Assembly (NCBI GenBank): GCA_050273025.1
Contig: CP158635.1
Coordinates: 25,854,001 to 25,918,000, forward strand
DNA from: Cenococcum geophilum
Taxonomy: Eukaryota
Reading direction: 5' to 3'
Length of the DNA: 64,000 nucleotides
Part shown: positions 12,311 to 24,648 of the stretch, piece after piece
Numbering within the stretch: the stretch's first letter is position 1
Layout of the letters: the number at the start of each line of letters is the position of its first letter
Notes under the pieces: generated by a model
Seen by the model: only the letters and a program-made list of their open reading frames with translations
The model's database searches: none
What the model was told of the DNA's origin: nothing
Program-made: the position numbers and the translations under genes

Positions 12311-15300
12311 TTACCCCCCTCTTCTAAAAAAGCCTGCCCTTAGGCTTTAGCCCCTCGTAGAGAAGAAAGAGAAAAGAAAAAAAATCTTACATCTGGCGCT
12401 TAATCGCGATGCTAGTTAACATAGGACTTATAGTAGTCCTGCAGCTCCTGCTGCTGTAAGGTATATTACTATACCTAGTTAACATAGGGCAGGCAGCCGT
12501 CCTGCAGCTCCTGCTGCGAGCGAGGGGTCTATTGCTAGGAGCCCTCCGTTGGTCGTCGTTCCTCCTCCCTCCTCCTAAAACTCCGGTACCTCCTAGCTAT
12601 ACTCTCCCCCCTTTTATTATAGCGCGCCCCAAGCTATAAAAAAAGCCCCCCTAGTCCCCCTCTTAGAAAAATAGGCGTAAAGGTTTAATAAGGGTGGGAG
12701 GGTTAGGGAGTTACTCGCATGCATATCAGCACGAGTTCTTATCCGTTCGGTAGCAGTACGGTGCCAGCGACGGGTCATTTAGGTGGCAGTATAATGCTAG
12801 TAACGGGGTCGTATTCTAGGGAGCAAAGCTCTACCTAGTTATATTCGGGTCGCAGGCGTATTAGCGCAACGGGTTATTAGGGTATAGTTCCGCAAGCATA
12901 TTAGCACGGTGTCTTATCAGTGGTGGTTCGCAGGCGTATCGGCGCGGTAACTTATCGGGATTATAGCAGTACGGTGCTAGCGACAGGCCGTATTTTAGGG
13001 AGCAAAGCTCTACCTTATATACAGGTGTTACCGCAGGCGGAGCAGCAAAAGTCAGTCGGCTGCAGGCAGAGCAGTAAGGGTTGGCTAGCTACTAATAAAG
13101 CAGCGAGGCTTAGTTGGCTGCAGGTAGAGCAGCAAGGGTCTATTATAATAGCAGGCATATCGGCGCTATTATTTAGTCGGGTTTGCATTCGAATTACGTT
13201 CGGGTATCATTTAAATCGCATTCAGGTCGCAGGCGGATCGCAGGCGTAACGGCACAATCGGTCTGTCGGTTAGACTATAGGCGTAGCAGCACAGTCGTTG
13301 TTAGGTCGTGATAGCAGGCGTATCGGCGCTATTATTATCTAGTCGGTTAGCTGCAGGTAGAGCAGCAAGGTATTGTCTAGTTAGGTAGTAGTACGGTACC
13401 AGCATCAGGTAGTAATAATAGGTCAAACATTCGGAGCTCGATCTATCAGTTAGCCAATAGATCGCAGGCATATCGGCATAATTAGTCGGTCGGGTATGCA
13501 TTCAAATCACGTTCAGGTCGCATTCGAATCGCATTCGGATCGCAGGCGTATCGGCGCAATTATTTAATCAGTTAGCTGCAGGTAGAGCAGCAAGGTGTCG
13601 GTTCTTATAGCAGTACAGTGCCAGCGTTAGGTGGTAATAGTAGGTTAAGCATAGAGCTTGTCTATTAATAGGTCATAGTTCCACAGGCGTATTGGCGCGA
13701 AGCTTATTAATTTAGGTAGCAGTATAGTGCTAGCAGTAGGGTCGTATTCTAAGGGGCAAAGCTCTCCCTTATATACAGTTATTACTGCAGGCGGGGTAGT
13801 AGAAGTTAGTTATAAACTGCAGGCAAAGCAGCAATAGTCTATCATAGTGCTGCAAGCGAGGTAGTAGAAGATAGTTCGCCGCAGGCGGAGTAGCGGAGGT
13901 CAAATTAGTATTAGCTGCAGGCAGAGTAGCTAAAGTCGATCATAGTGCTGCGAGCAAGGCAGTAAGGTATTAGTTAGCTGCAGGCGGAGTAGTAGGTATT
14001 AATAGTAATGCTACGGGCAGAGCAGTAGAAGGTTAATTAGGTTACTATAGGTAGAGCAGTAGGTGGTCTATTATAATAGCAGTATAGTATAAGCGTTAAG
14101 TAGTAATAGTCGGTCGAATATTTGGAGCTCGGTTTATTAGCTGGTTAATAGATTATAGGCGTAGTAGCATGATTATTAGTTAATAGATCGTAGGTGTAAC
14201 GGCGCGATCGTTGTCGTAGTAGTATATAATAGTAGTTATATCGGCATAATTATCTCGTTTGTAGATCACGGGCGTATTAGCGCGATTGTTTGGTCGTTAG
14301 ACTATAGGCGTAGAGGCATAATTATTATTAGGTTGGCGTAGGGCATGTAGCCGTCCTACTGCTGCGAGGGGTGTATATCGCTAGGAGCCCTTTATGGTCG
14401 TCGTTCCTCTTAGAACTCTAGTACCTCCTTAGCTTTACTACCCCCTCCTTTAATATAGCGCGCCCCGAGCTATAGAAAAAAGAAATATAGCTCGCATGCG
14501 TATTAGCACGAGCTCTTATCTATTTAGTAGCAGTACGGTACTAGCATCTAATAGTAGATAGCAGGCGTATCGGCGCTATTATTAGTTAATTAATCGCAGG
14601 CATAACGGCATAATTAGTTAATTAGTTTGTATTTAAATTGCGTTTAAATCGCATTTGGATTGTAGGTGTAATAGCGCGATTATTATCCAGTTTGTCCAAA
14701 TTAATTTCGTTATTAAAGCTTATACAGCTTAGTATTAACCTCGTTATTAGAGTATATAAATACTTAAGGTAAAGCTTATATAACTCAGTATTAACTATGG
14801 TCGTTCCTTAGTATACGTAGCTTAGTATCAGTTAAAAAGGATTACTGTAGGTAGAGAAGAAGACAATTAAATTGGTTAGGGAGGCAGTTAATCGTCAACA
14901 AACTTATACGGTTGTTATTAAAGTTATAGTTTATGTCGCAGGCATATCGGCACGACGGTTAGTTAGGTTTATATTTAAATTGCGTTTAGGTCGCATTTAA
15001 ATCGCATTTGGATTATAGGTGTAACGGCATAATCCGTCTATCGGTTTCTTAAGGTCTACTATTAATCGGTAGGTAGTTTAAGACGTTGTCGGTTATTTAA
15101 AGATACGCTATAGAGTTAATAGGCGTATTTAAATACTTAGATTTAATCAAGGATATCGCTATAAGTAGCAGATATCTAGGATTAATTAAGAACTTATAGG
15201 AATGCTATTATAACTTAGCATATTAAATCGTTGTCAGAGGTATTAAAAGAGGTATCGAGAGGGTACGTGTCGATATTTCAATTCTTGTCAATAATTAGCA

Positions 15301-16384
15301 AGATATACTTTTATAACGGTAGGCTGTCTTATTTATAGAAGGTCGTATAAAAGGCTATTAAGAGAAACGCGTTAATAGTTCGTAAGAGGTTATAGAGATA
15401 AATAGGCTTATCTGCAGAGCTATTGGAGAGTGCTATAAATTAAAATAATTCTCCTAATCTGTTCTCCTGATTAAGAGTGCTATAAATTACTTAAATTCTC
15501 CCCTAGGTTCCTAGTACCCCTATACATAGGATACAGATATATTCGGCCGTAAGATTAAGGGACTACCTAGGTTAATAGTAAGGTTCGGGTTAATTACGTA
15601 TAGTAGTTGTTAATAAGAACTTAACGGGTGTCTATAAGGGCGTTTATAAATAAGTTAGAGAGTTGTATTGCAGGCATATTAGCGCGATAGGTTATTGGGT
15701 TTAGGGTTTTAGAGTAGTAGTATGGTGCTAGTAAGTCCTTCTTAATTAATTTTGTCTCTCCTTATATAGCTTAGTATTAATTAGGGTGGTTATCGCAGCG
15801 TAGTCTATGCTAAAGGATATAGGTAGAATTCGTTCTAAAGGACTTCGCGGATAATATACACCTACCGCCTAATAGCACGGCGCGGGTTATAAGTTAGCTT
15901 ATCTTAGCCGTCGGCCCAAACCTAATGCATACTAGAGGACTTCGCGAATAATATACACCTACCGCCTAATGGCATAGCTTGGGTTATATCTTGGCTTGTC
16001 TTAGCCGATACTATAGGATTAGTGCTAGGCTTAGTAATAGGATTACTATATTGTTCTCCGCAGTACTAGACTAAGTCTTAACTAAGGTCGTCTCTATAGC
16101 TTATATAACTCCGTATTAGTCGAAAAGGTTAGGGGGGTAAGATATTCTTGCCTTTCTAGGCAGTTGTCCTTATCTATAAGAGATCTTCTAGCTGCTTAAA
16201 TACCGGCTCCTAGTATTAATAATAGCGACTTAACGCGTTAACGACGCGCAGCTAGGGGTATTCAACGCGTGTTCCCTTAAAACATACGGAATAGGGGTAG
16301 GAGATTATCCAGGCCTTCCCAGGCGAGGTAAAGAGGGAGCTCCAAATAAATAAAGTCCCCCCTAGGTAGGTGAGCTTAGTATAA

Positions 16385-16571
16385 TATTACGGCTCGTATA
16401 AATGCCTCTAAACCGAAGCTTATAGAATGCTATATTATAAAGATACTAAGCTAAGGAGCAGAAGAAGGTTGAGGAAAGGATACGTCTATATACACGAGCC
16501 AAGTCTCCAAGCGAGCCCCTAACTAGGCTGCATGTAGACGTCGCATGGGGCGGTGCCCCAGCGCCGTTACA
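16385..16571 (-). repeat. 5' LTR (187 bp)
   Basis: tattacggc (G->A form of tgttacggc)...gccgttaca. Differences from the other LTR are transitions. Confidence 0.92.
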
Positions 16572-17784
16572 CGTATATAATTAGGTTTATATTATTAATA
16601 AAGCCTATCCCTTAGGTTGCCCCTTCCTTAAAGAAGTTAAGTAGGTTGCTTATAAAGAAAAGGAAGAGTATAGGCAAGAGGGGTAATCCTTATAGTATTT
16701 CTATTACAATTATAATAGGGGGGCTTTAGTATCTACTAAAGACTAGTAATATTTCTTTCTAACCTATAAACCCTTAGATAAATTATATAATCTATTTTAG
16801 AAAGCCTTTTGCCCTAAGGTTGTATAGGAGACGCTTATAGGGTACATTATCGTAGGCGCTACTAATATTTAGACTAAGCATTGATACTATAAAGTCCCTT
16901 TACATTGCCTATGCAGATTTAATAGTAGCAGCGAGTAGCGTAAGTGCTAATAGTGTTAAGCGGTTCTTTCTTGCCCCTATTTAGCTCTATAGTAGTAGGG
17001 TATGTTTTTTAACTATATCTGCTATATAGTCTACTATTACCTTTTCTAAGATCTTGCTAAGGGTGTTTTCTAAGGCAATAGGGCGGTAGCTTTTTGGGAT
17101 TAAGTAATCTACTTTACCTTCTTTTTATAGGATAACCGTTATTATAGATCTTTTAAGTTGTGGGTAGTAGCCTATAGTAAAGTATCCTCTAGCTATATCT
17201 ATAAGCTAGGGTGCTATAAGTGGTCTACAGGTCTTTAAGGCCTTATTTAAAATCCTATCTGGACCTAGTACTATATTATTTAAAAGGCAGCTAATAGTTC
17301 TGGCTATTTCCTCTATTATTATATCGCTGTTAACCCGCAGGCAAGTTACTGGTGCTTTACCTATAATATTACTAAGGTCTACTAGAGCCGGTTAGGGGAA
17401 GAACCTCTCTATAAGGATCTTTACCTTCTTATTATTATTATTAGTGGCCTATAATTCCCCTACTCTTTATAGGGGTAGTAGGTATAGGTCTTCTGTTAAT
17501 TACCCTACCTTTTTCTTTACCTATTTTGCTATAGCCTATAGGCCCTTATTATAGGGGAGGCTTAGGTTAAAAGTATACTTATTTATAAATCGTCTCCAGT
17601 TATTCCTTACTTCTTTTTTTAGGGTATTCTTTAACTAGTTTCTTATATCTTTATATTATCTCTTATTTTTAGGGTTATAGCTACTTAAGTATTTCCTTCT
17701 TACTTATTGTTGGCTAGCTATAAGAACTGCGTATTATACGGACTATACGTGTCGCGCGTAGGGGCCTAGTCTTAAGACTAGGTA

Positions 17785-18378
17785 CGAAGGCGCGCGGCAT
17801 TGAAATCCGTCCATTTTTATTGGTCGCGCACGCGAATTAGGAACACTAAAAAGACTTACCCCACCATAGTAAATTGTATCCATAAGACCTAGCTTCTTTA
17901 TGGGCTTTGCTCGACGGAGGCCACGGGCCTATAGCTTCTTCTCAATCGTTCTACGGTGGACATTAAAAAAGCCCTCTTCTTTAGCAACAATATGCCATAG
18001 CTTCTTCCTTTGTGTTTTGTTTAACGTACAAGCTTCCATTAACTTAATAACCTCTATATCTATAATCTTCTTAGAGGCCCCACTACCTTCTTTACGCTTA
18101 ATTTGCTCCACTTGCTCTTAAATCTTTAGGGAGGGGGGGGGGGAAGGCCCTCTTCGTCGTACCGGATTTGGACCTCTACGGAGACATTTTTAATATCCGT
18201 AGTAGTTAATTTGGCAAGCCCTGCTCTAAGCGCAGCTTCAGCTTGATGAGCATAAAAGAAATGGGTTAAGAAGACAGCTTTGTCAACGTTAGTAGCGTGC
18301 TTCCCCATGGGTTTGCTAACAACATCCTCGCCAACATAACCAATAAAAATGGACGGATTTCAATGCCGCGCGCCTTCG
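17785..18378 (-). mobile_element. Internally deleted Tc1/mariner element retaining the transposase N-terminus (from ATG 18308)
   Basis: 40 bp perfect TIR cgaaggcgcgcggcattgaaatccgtccatttttattggt with TA TSD (17783-84 and 18379-80). ORF fragments RKEGSGASKKI...VHRRTIEKKL*ARGLRRAKP resemble a Tc1-type DNA-binding region. No DDE domain. Confidence 0.88.
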
Positions 18379-21300
18379 TAGTGCTCTTCTAGCCCGTTTT
18401 TAATTACTACCTAAATCCTTTCTAGTCTTTAGTTAATTTCCTTAGGGGTGGCTAATAAGCCTTGCTTATTTAGTATTAGGTGGATTTCTTCTAGGTCTTA
18501 GAGTTATTGTTTTACTATATTAAGGAAACTGTCTGCCTTAAGCATCCTTATTGCGTATCTTTTACTATTTAGTTACGCCTTAATATTTAAATTTAGCTAT
18601 ATCTGGATAGGGATATAGTCTAAGGTAAGTGCCTATTTTTTTTTAGGGTTATACCTTTTAAGTCTCTAGTATAGGCCTTCGTCTATAAATATAAGGTTAA
18701 TTATACTTTTAGCGGGTCCTTATTACTATATAATTACTCTAGGGGGGGTGGCTAGCTTAAGGCCCTAGGTGTCTATAGCTTTTAGTAGGCACTCTACCTA
18801 TTATTTAATAGCGACGTAAATACCCCCCCACCGTAGGTAGTAGAGGTTTATATTTCCTAATAGAATAAACTCTATGCCTTTAATTTTAAGTAGGCTTATT
18901 ACTAATATAATATTCTCTATTTATAGGACCCCTTTAACCCTAGGGTTATATACATTAATAATTTATACTGGTCCTCTATATATCTGGATTATTACAACTA
19001 TAATATCTAGATTAATTACCTACTATAACTATAAGGATAGGCTAATAGTCTTACTAATTATAAAGTATACGCGTATAGCTGCTTTTAGTTTATATAGGAG
19101 CTGGAATCCTTAGGGGCAGTATATTAATTATATATAGGTATTATAGTACGGCTCTTATATAGTAAGGATATAGTATTTCTCTAGGTCTAGACTGTCTAGT
19201 AAGGGCCTTATAAGACGGTGGTTTGTATTACTATAGTTATACTATATAATAAATAGGTAGCGGACCCCCAGTAAGGGTCCTTCGCCTCTTTATTATTCCT
19301 TACTTCTTCTATTTTTACTTTCTCTAAAATATTTAAAACTTTTATCTCTTATATCTACATCCTAGTTACTACTTATTTTATATAGAGCTTTCTATTTCTA
19401 TATCTTATGTTCCTACTAGCGCTTCTATATTTAAATCTATTATTATCTTTAGTTCTTCCCCTGTTCTTATTAGTTAGCTATATACCCTTTAAAAGTTGGC
19501 TGCGAATATTATATTTACCGCGTTAAGTTTAATTCTTAATTATCCCAGTCTTAAGCTTGCTATAGCTGTCTATAAGGGTCTTTCTATAGGGTGTTCTCTC
19601 CCTTATATCCCCTATAACCCTTATATCCCTATACAGTTTAGTAATATCGCGTAGCGTCGCTTCTAGCCCGTTAAGGCTTAGGATAGCTAGCCTAGCCCCC
19701 TAGTATTAAAGGTAGGAAACATTAAAAAGGCACCTGTGCCCCCCTAGCTTATCGCCTATTATTTCTATTTATATAACCTAGTATGTAATTATTCCCGTAG
19801 CTATTAAGCCCTTACCTTCTATCTCCTATATTTAATATAGTCTTCTCTTTTTTACGCCTTATATATACTTTAGTAGTAGTTTATACATTTTATTTAGTCT
19901 TAATTTAAGTAGTGTCTTATATTATAGGGGCCTATATAGTAGCCGTAGCATACCTATACTACGCATGTGGATTAGGTGTGCCCCTATTATATATAGTAAT
20001 ATTATTATTCTAGGCGGAGTCTATAGTTATAGAGCCTTACGTTATATATAAGGCTATTTATAATAATACCTTTTTAAATAAGGAGTTTTTGCATTCTTAG
20101 TATATATATACTAATAATAAGGGAGCTATATATTTAATTAGCGTTTCCCTAGCAAGTCTCTAGCGACCCTTATATTCTTTTATTATTCTTATTATATACT
20201 TAGTTTGCATTTTCCTATTAAAGCTATTAGATTTAGGTAATTTTAAGTTTTAGTATAAGGCGTTCTATTTGTTTTACTATTTTATATATAATTACTATAT
20301 TACTCGCCTAGCGTCCCTTTTCTACCCTAAAGCTTAGAGGAACTACTAGGACTTTAACTAGGTAATCTTTATAGAGTACTTTTATGCTAATATATTCTCC
20401 TAGCCTATCTCCTACCCTAACGGCTTATTCCTTTACCTATTAGTCCCTTAAGGTAACTCTAATATCTCCGCTCCTAAGGTATTAGACTATAATAGCTTTA
20501 TAGACCTTTTTATAGATCTTTATAAGGACTTCTATTTCTAATTATCCCCTAAACCCCTCTACTTTTTCTATATTTAGTTATATTATAATTATATACCTAA
20601 ATATTATCTTTAGGGGGGTAGGTTCCCTATACTATAGATATATAGCTACGGCAGCCTAGGTACAGTTTGCCAGTAAAGAAGAGTTTTATTTATTTTTAAT
20701 TTTACTTAGCTATTAGAGGATTTAATTAAGGGTTTACTAAAGGGGCGCCTAAGGTTTACTAAACTAGCGGAGCTATTCTACTAGCTGCATTAGTTCGTTA
20801 TAGCTAACGGTTACTCCCCTATAACTACGGATACTAGACGCGTCTAATAGGCTTTATATTTTATTAGATACCTTCTTAATAGAGGTCTTTCCGCTTTGTG
20901 GTGTGGTATTCGCCCGTTCTTATTGAGGAGGGCCATTGCTGGGCGTGGTTCTGGTGGACGCGCGCGAGTGCGAACCACCGTCGTTCGACGTGTACCTCCC
21001 CTGCGATGCATGCATCTCAGGGGGATTCTCTGGGTGTTTTTCAGGGTTCTTTTGGTTGGTTTTAGTCTTTTTGGGTCGGGTGCAGCAAGAGCTCCGTTCT
21101 CTTTCAGCTTAATAGCTCGATAATAAATTCGTATTCATTTACACTGCAAATATTAACAAATGCCAATATTTTATTGGCTGGATTTTCGCTTATTAAAAAC
21201 CACGCTGGTTTTGGGTATCTGCGGGTTTCTATTATTATCTGATTCAAACCACAGGCAAGTTAGTAAATGGCTTGAACTAATGGGCGTATGGGGAAGTAGG

Positions 21301-21507
21301 AGTCAAAGAAGCATCCGAGGCAGCCCGAAGTGACCGAGGAAGCGTACAGCCTTATACAGACTTCCTACCACTAAATCTTTTGGAAGACCCCGGGCTAGAT
21401 GAGGCGATCTGGTAGTCTATATGGCAACGAAGAGCTGCGCAAGGATTCTGTGGATCAGCTTCAAAAGGTAATTGTTGTAGTCTGAATAAATTAAGCTATA
21501 GCAGGCG

Positions 21508-24500
21508 CAGAGTTGGCAACAATCAAGCGATTTGGCCGATTTGATTTGATTTATTTGCTTAATTAGCAAATCAAATAAACAAATTAAAGCTTTAGAAAAT
21601 AGCAAATCAAACAAATCTAAAGCCCTAGATTTGTTTGATTTGTTTGTCATTTTATATAGTGCTGAGGTAGGTAAGAAAAGGTGGTGATATCGGCCTTAGT
21701 GTTGACTTTTAACCTGCCCTTAGGGCACCCCGGAGCGGAACAATGATCCCCCACCATCAAAATTATCCCTAATTAACATCCTCCTTAATAACTACCTCTC
21801 TACAAGATTATTACCAAAAGCCTTAACGTTAGTAAATTAAACCTTAGCCCTTTCTCTAGTATGACCGGCGACCTTACCAAAGATAATCTGCGCGCAATTG
21901 CAACGCCTGCTAGTACCGTTGCCCTTAGTGTCACACCCTTAGTCTCCTCTGCTCTAGTAGACCTGGATAATATACCCGATAACAGCATATATTTTAATAG
22001 GATTAACTTCCAACGCCTTCACAACTTCCAAAAGCCTTCTTCTAATCTTTAAGGCAAGCCTAGTTAGATCTAAAAGTACGGCTATTAAATTCAGCACCGT
22101 CAAACAAAGCAGGAATATTTTCTCTGCCGATACTGTCATTTGCACCGTATATCAACTGGCCTCTATTAAACCACTTTTGCCACAAGCAGTGCAATTAATC
22201 ACTTAAAGAAGGATATAATTGGGCACGGGTATACTAAAGAAGGACCTATTATTGCTGCTTAATTAATTGCAAAGAAACGAAAACTGATTAAGATGCTACA
22301 GTCCTCACACAACGTTCCTTAGGCGATCGCGAATAACATTATCGGCAGCTTTAATATGAAGAAGTTTAGGAACGCAGTAATTAACTAGATCGCCGAAAGC
22401 AATTAAGCACTACAAGAAGTAGAGAATCCTGCCTTCCGAATAATAATCGGTACTACTAGCAAAGAAGCCCTTACCGTGCTTTGGAAGTCCTATAACTTAG
22501 TATATAATTACATCCTTACCAACTTTAAAGCCTTTCTTCCTGCCGTTTAAATAAAACTCTAAGGCGCTATAACAAAGATACACTTATTGTTTGATGGCTA
22601 GATAACTCGGAACAATCGCCATGCCCTTACTAGCGTGTATATACACTATCTAGATAAGAACGGCCGCGTGGTGGATTATATACTGGCCCTCCCAGAGCAG
22701 CTTAGTAAGCACTCTGGCGTTAATTACGCAGCGGTAATAAACAATATTATAAAGCAATTCGGTATAACAAGTAAACGCCTAGGCTTCTTTATTACTAATA
22801 ACGCCTTAAACAACAATAGTGCTATACAAGAGCTTTCTACTACATACGAATTTAATAAGAAGTTTAAACGGATCCGGTGTTTAGGCCATATACTTAATCG
22901 CGTAGCATAATCAATTTTATTTAGTAAGAATAAGGAGGCCTTTAAAAATATTTAAAAGAACTTGCCAGTAAGTAGATATTAACCTCTATCACCTAAATAA
23001 CCTTACTAACGCTTCCTACAGGATAAAGAGTGGTTCCTTAAGGAGTAGCGCTAGGAGGGTCCTTTAGGCACTCTATGCAATCTTATACATACCATTAGTA
23101 CTCCTCAGCTTTATTAACTATTCAAACAGTATTAAGCTAAGGATAATAAACAGCTACCGGTCGAAGGCTTCACTCCTAAACAGTTAATTAAGCCAGTAAA
23201 AACGCGGTGGAACAGTTATCTTAATACCTTTATTTAAGCGGTAGAACTTTATTAACCGCTTAATTTAATCGCCTACTATATAATTAATAAATATAATACT
23301 AAAGCCGCATTAGCTCGGGCACGAAATAAACCTCTCCCTTCCTTATAGAGCTTTATATTAAACGGCGGTTTAAACAATTACAATTAGAGCGTTATTAACA
23401 GTTATATTATAATCCTCTAACCGCTTAAGGAGGCTACAAAGCTGCTAGAAGGCCGCGGCAAATCAGGCAGAAATAGGGCTATTTAGGAGGTTCTTCCAAC
23501 GCTCAAATAGCTACTTAAACTGTTTAAAGAAATGAAGGATCGTGTAAGGGAAGCTCTAGTTAAAGATCACGAATACCAGGAGGCCTTAGAGGATCACTAT
23601 CAAACTAATATAAATAGTGGTTGGCTAAAGCTTTAAAAGTACTATAAGCTACTTAATAAAACGCCAGTATATTACGCCGCAGTTATCCTTCATCCTCACC
23701 TCAAGAACTACTGCAAGAACGCCTGGGTTAAACACCCCGAATGGCTAGAGCAGAATAAGAATCAGTTCTTAAAGCTTTGGCAGCAGTACAAGCAGCGGCC
23801 CTTACCGCGATTAACACCTCGCACTCCCGCGGAACCTCTCCTTCCTATACACACACGTTCTAGTAGGGACGATTACATCAAGGCTATTGCTGCGGGTACT
23901 CAATTAACACGTAATCTTCCTAGCGATGAATACGAGAAGTAGAAGCTTCTTAATTAACTTAATAGCAGCCACCCGCTTGCAAATAGCCCCATTAAGTACT
24001 GGCTACGTTATCACACTAAGTTTCCTCGCCTTAGCCAGCTGGCGCTCGATATCCTTACTATACCAGCTACCAGCTGCGATTATAAGAGGATATTTAGTGA
24101 ACTTAGTAATATAATATCATCGCGCCGCTTAAAGCTAAAGCCAGCGACGATAGCAGCGCTTCAATTGTGCCGAAGCTTTAATCGTCTTGGCCTTCAAAAG
24201 CGCGTCCAATTAAGTAGTAAGATCACCTTATTCTTAGTAAAGTTATAGTAACAATTTAGCGTTCAGCAGTATCATCTAAAGCACCTCCTCCCTCCTCCGC
24301 ATCTATCATTTCAACGCCCACCCGATCACAAGCGTCATCGCCCCAACCCCCTTAACCACCTCCAAACGATCGGGCGACCCTATATTAATACTGGTGATGA
24401 TATTGGGCAGGAGGGCGATTAGGGAGGGGACGATTTGGGCACAATATAGGGCGCCTGGACGAGGCTCTATCAACTCCACCATGCCAAGACTTTAATATAC

Positions 24501-24648
24501 CAGATAGCAAATTAAATACAAATCAAATCAAACAAATTAGGCCTTTGATTACATAACAAATCAAACAAGTTAAATCGGGCGCTGAAAAACCTCAAATCAA
24601 ACAAACCGAAGGCCTTATATTTGTTTGATTTGTTTGTTGCCCAGTCTG
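21508..24648 (+). mobile_element. hAT transposon 2, moderately RIPped; transposase relic ~21743-24213 with intron 22968-23021
   Basis: 8 bp TSD agcaggcg at 21500-07 and 24649-56. Imperfect TIR cagagttggcaacaa / ttgttgcccagtctg. caaatcaaa subterminal arrays. Motifs: CRYC BED finger, IHLLFDG*, RIRCLGHILN, VKTRWNS, FPRLSQLALDILTIPATSC. Confidence 0.93.

Larger units (their letters stand above)
12124..16571 (-). mobile_element. Non-autonomous LTR retroelement (probably Gypsy/chromovirus-related) inserted in the LINE RT
   Basis: 187 bp LTRs at 12124-12310 and 16385-16571. 4 bp TSD cgta (12120-23 and 16572-75). Minus-strand polypurine tract agaagaggggggtaa abuts the left LTR. Excision restores the LINE frame (NLIIYG-LLAVENCR). 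No pol motifs recognised. Confidence 0.88.
10508..21140 (-). mobile_element. Tad1-like LINE, near full length (~5.6 kb after removing two insertions), RIP-inactivated
   Basis: Minus-strand RT relics KSYRPIALENTLSKILEK, SMLSLNISSAYDNVP and GFINNINL (RIPped FVDD). C-terminal QTLKHVILLYPLY (CCHC relic). Endonuclease and ORF1 relics lie at ~18.5-20.9 kb. Candidate 16 bp TSD acactgcaaatattaa at 10492-10507 and 21141-21156. Ends are less certain than identity. Confidence 0.82.
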
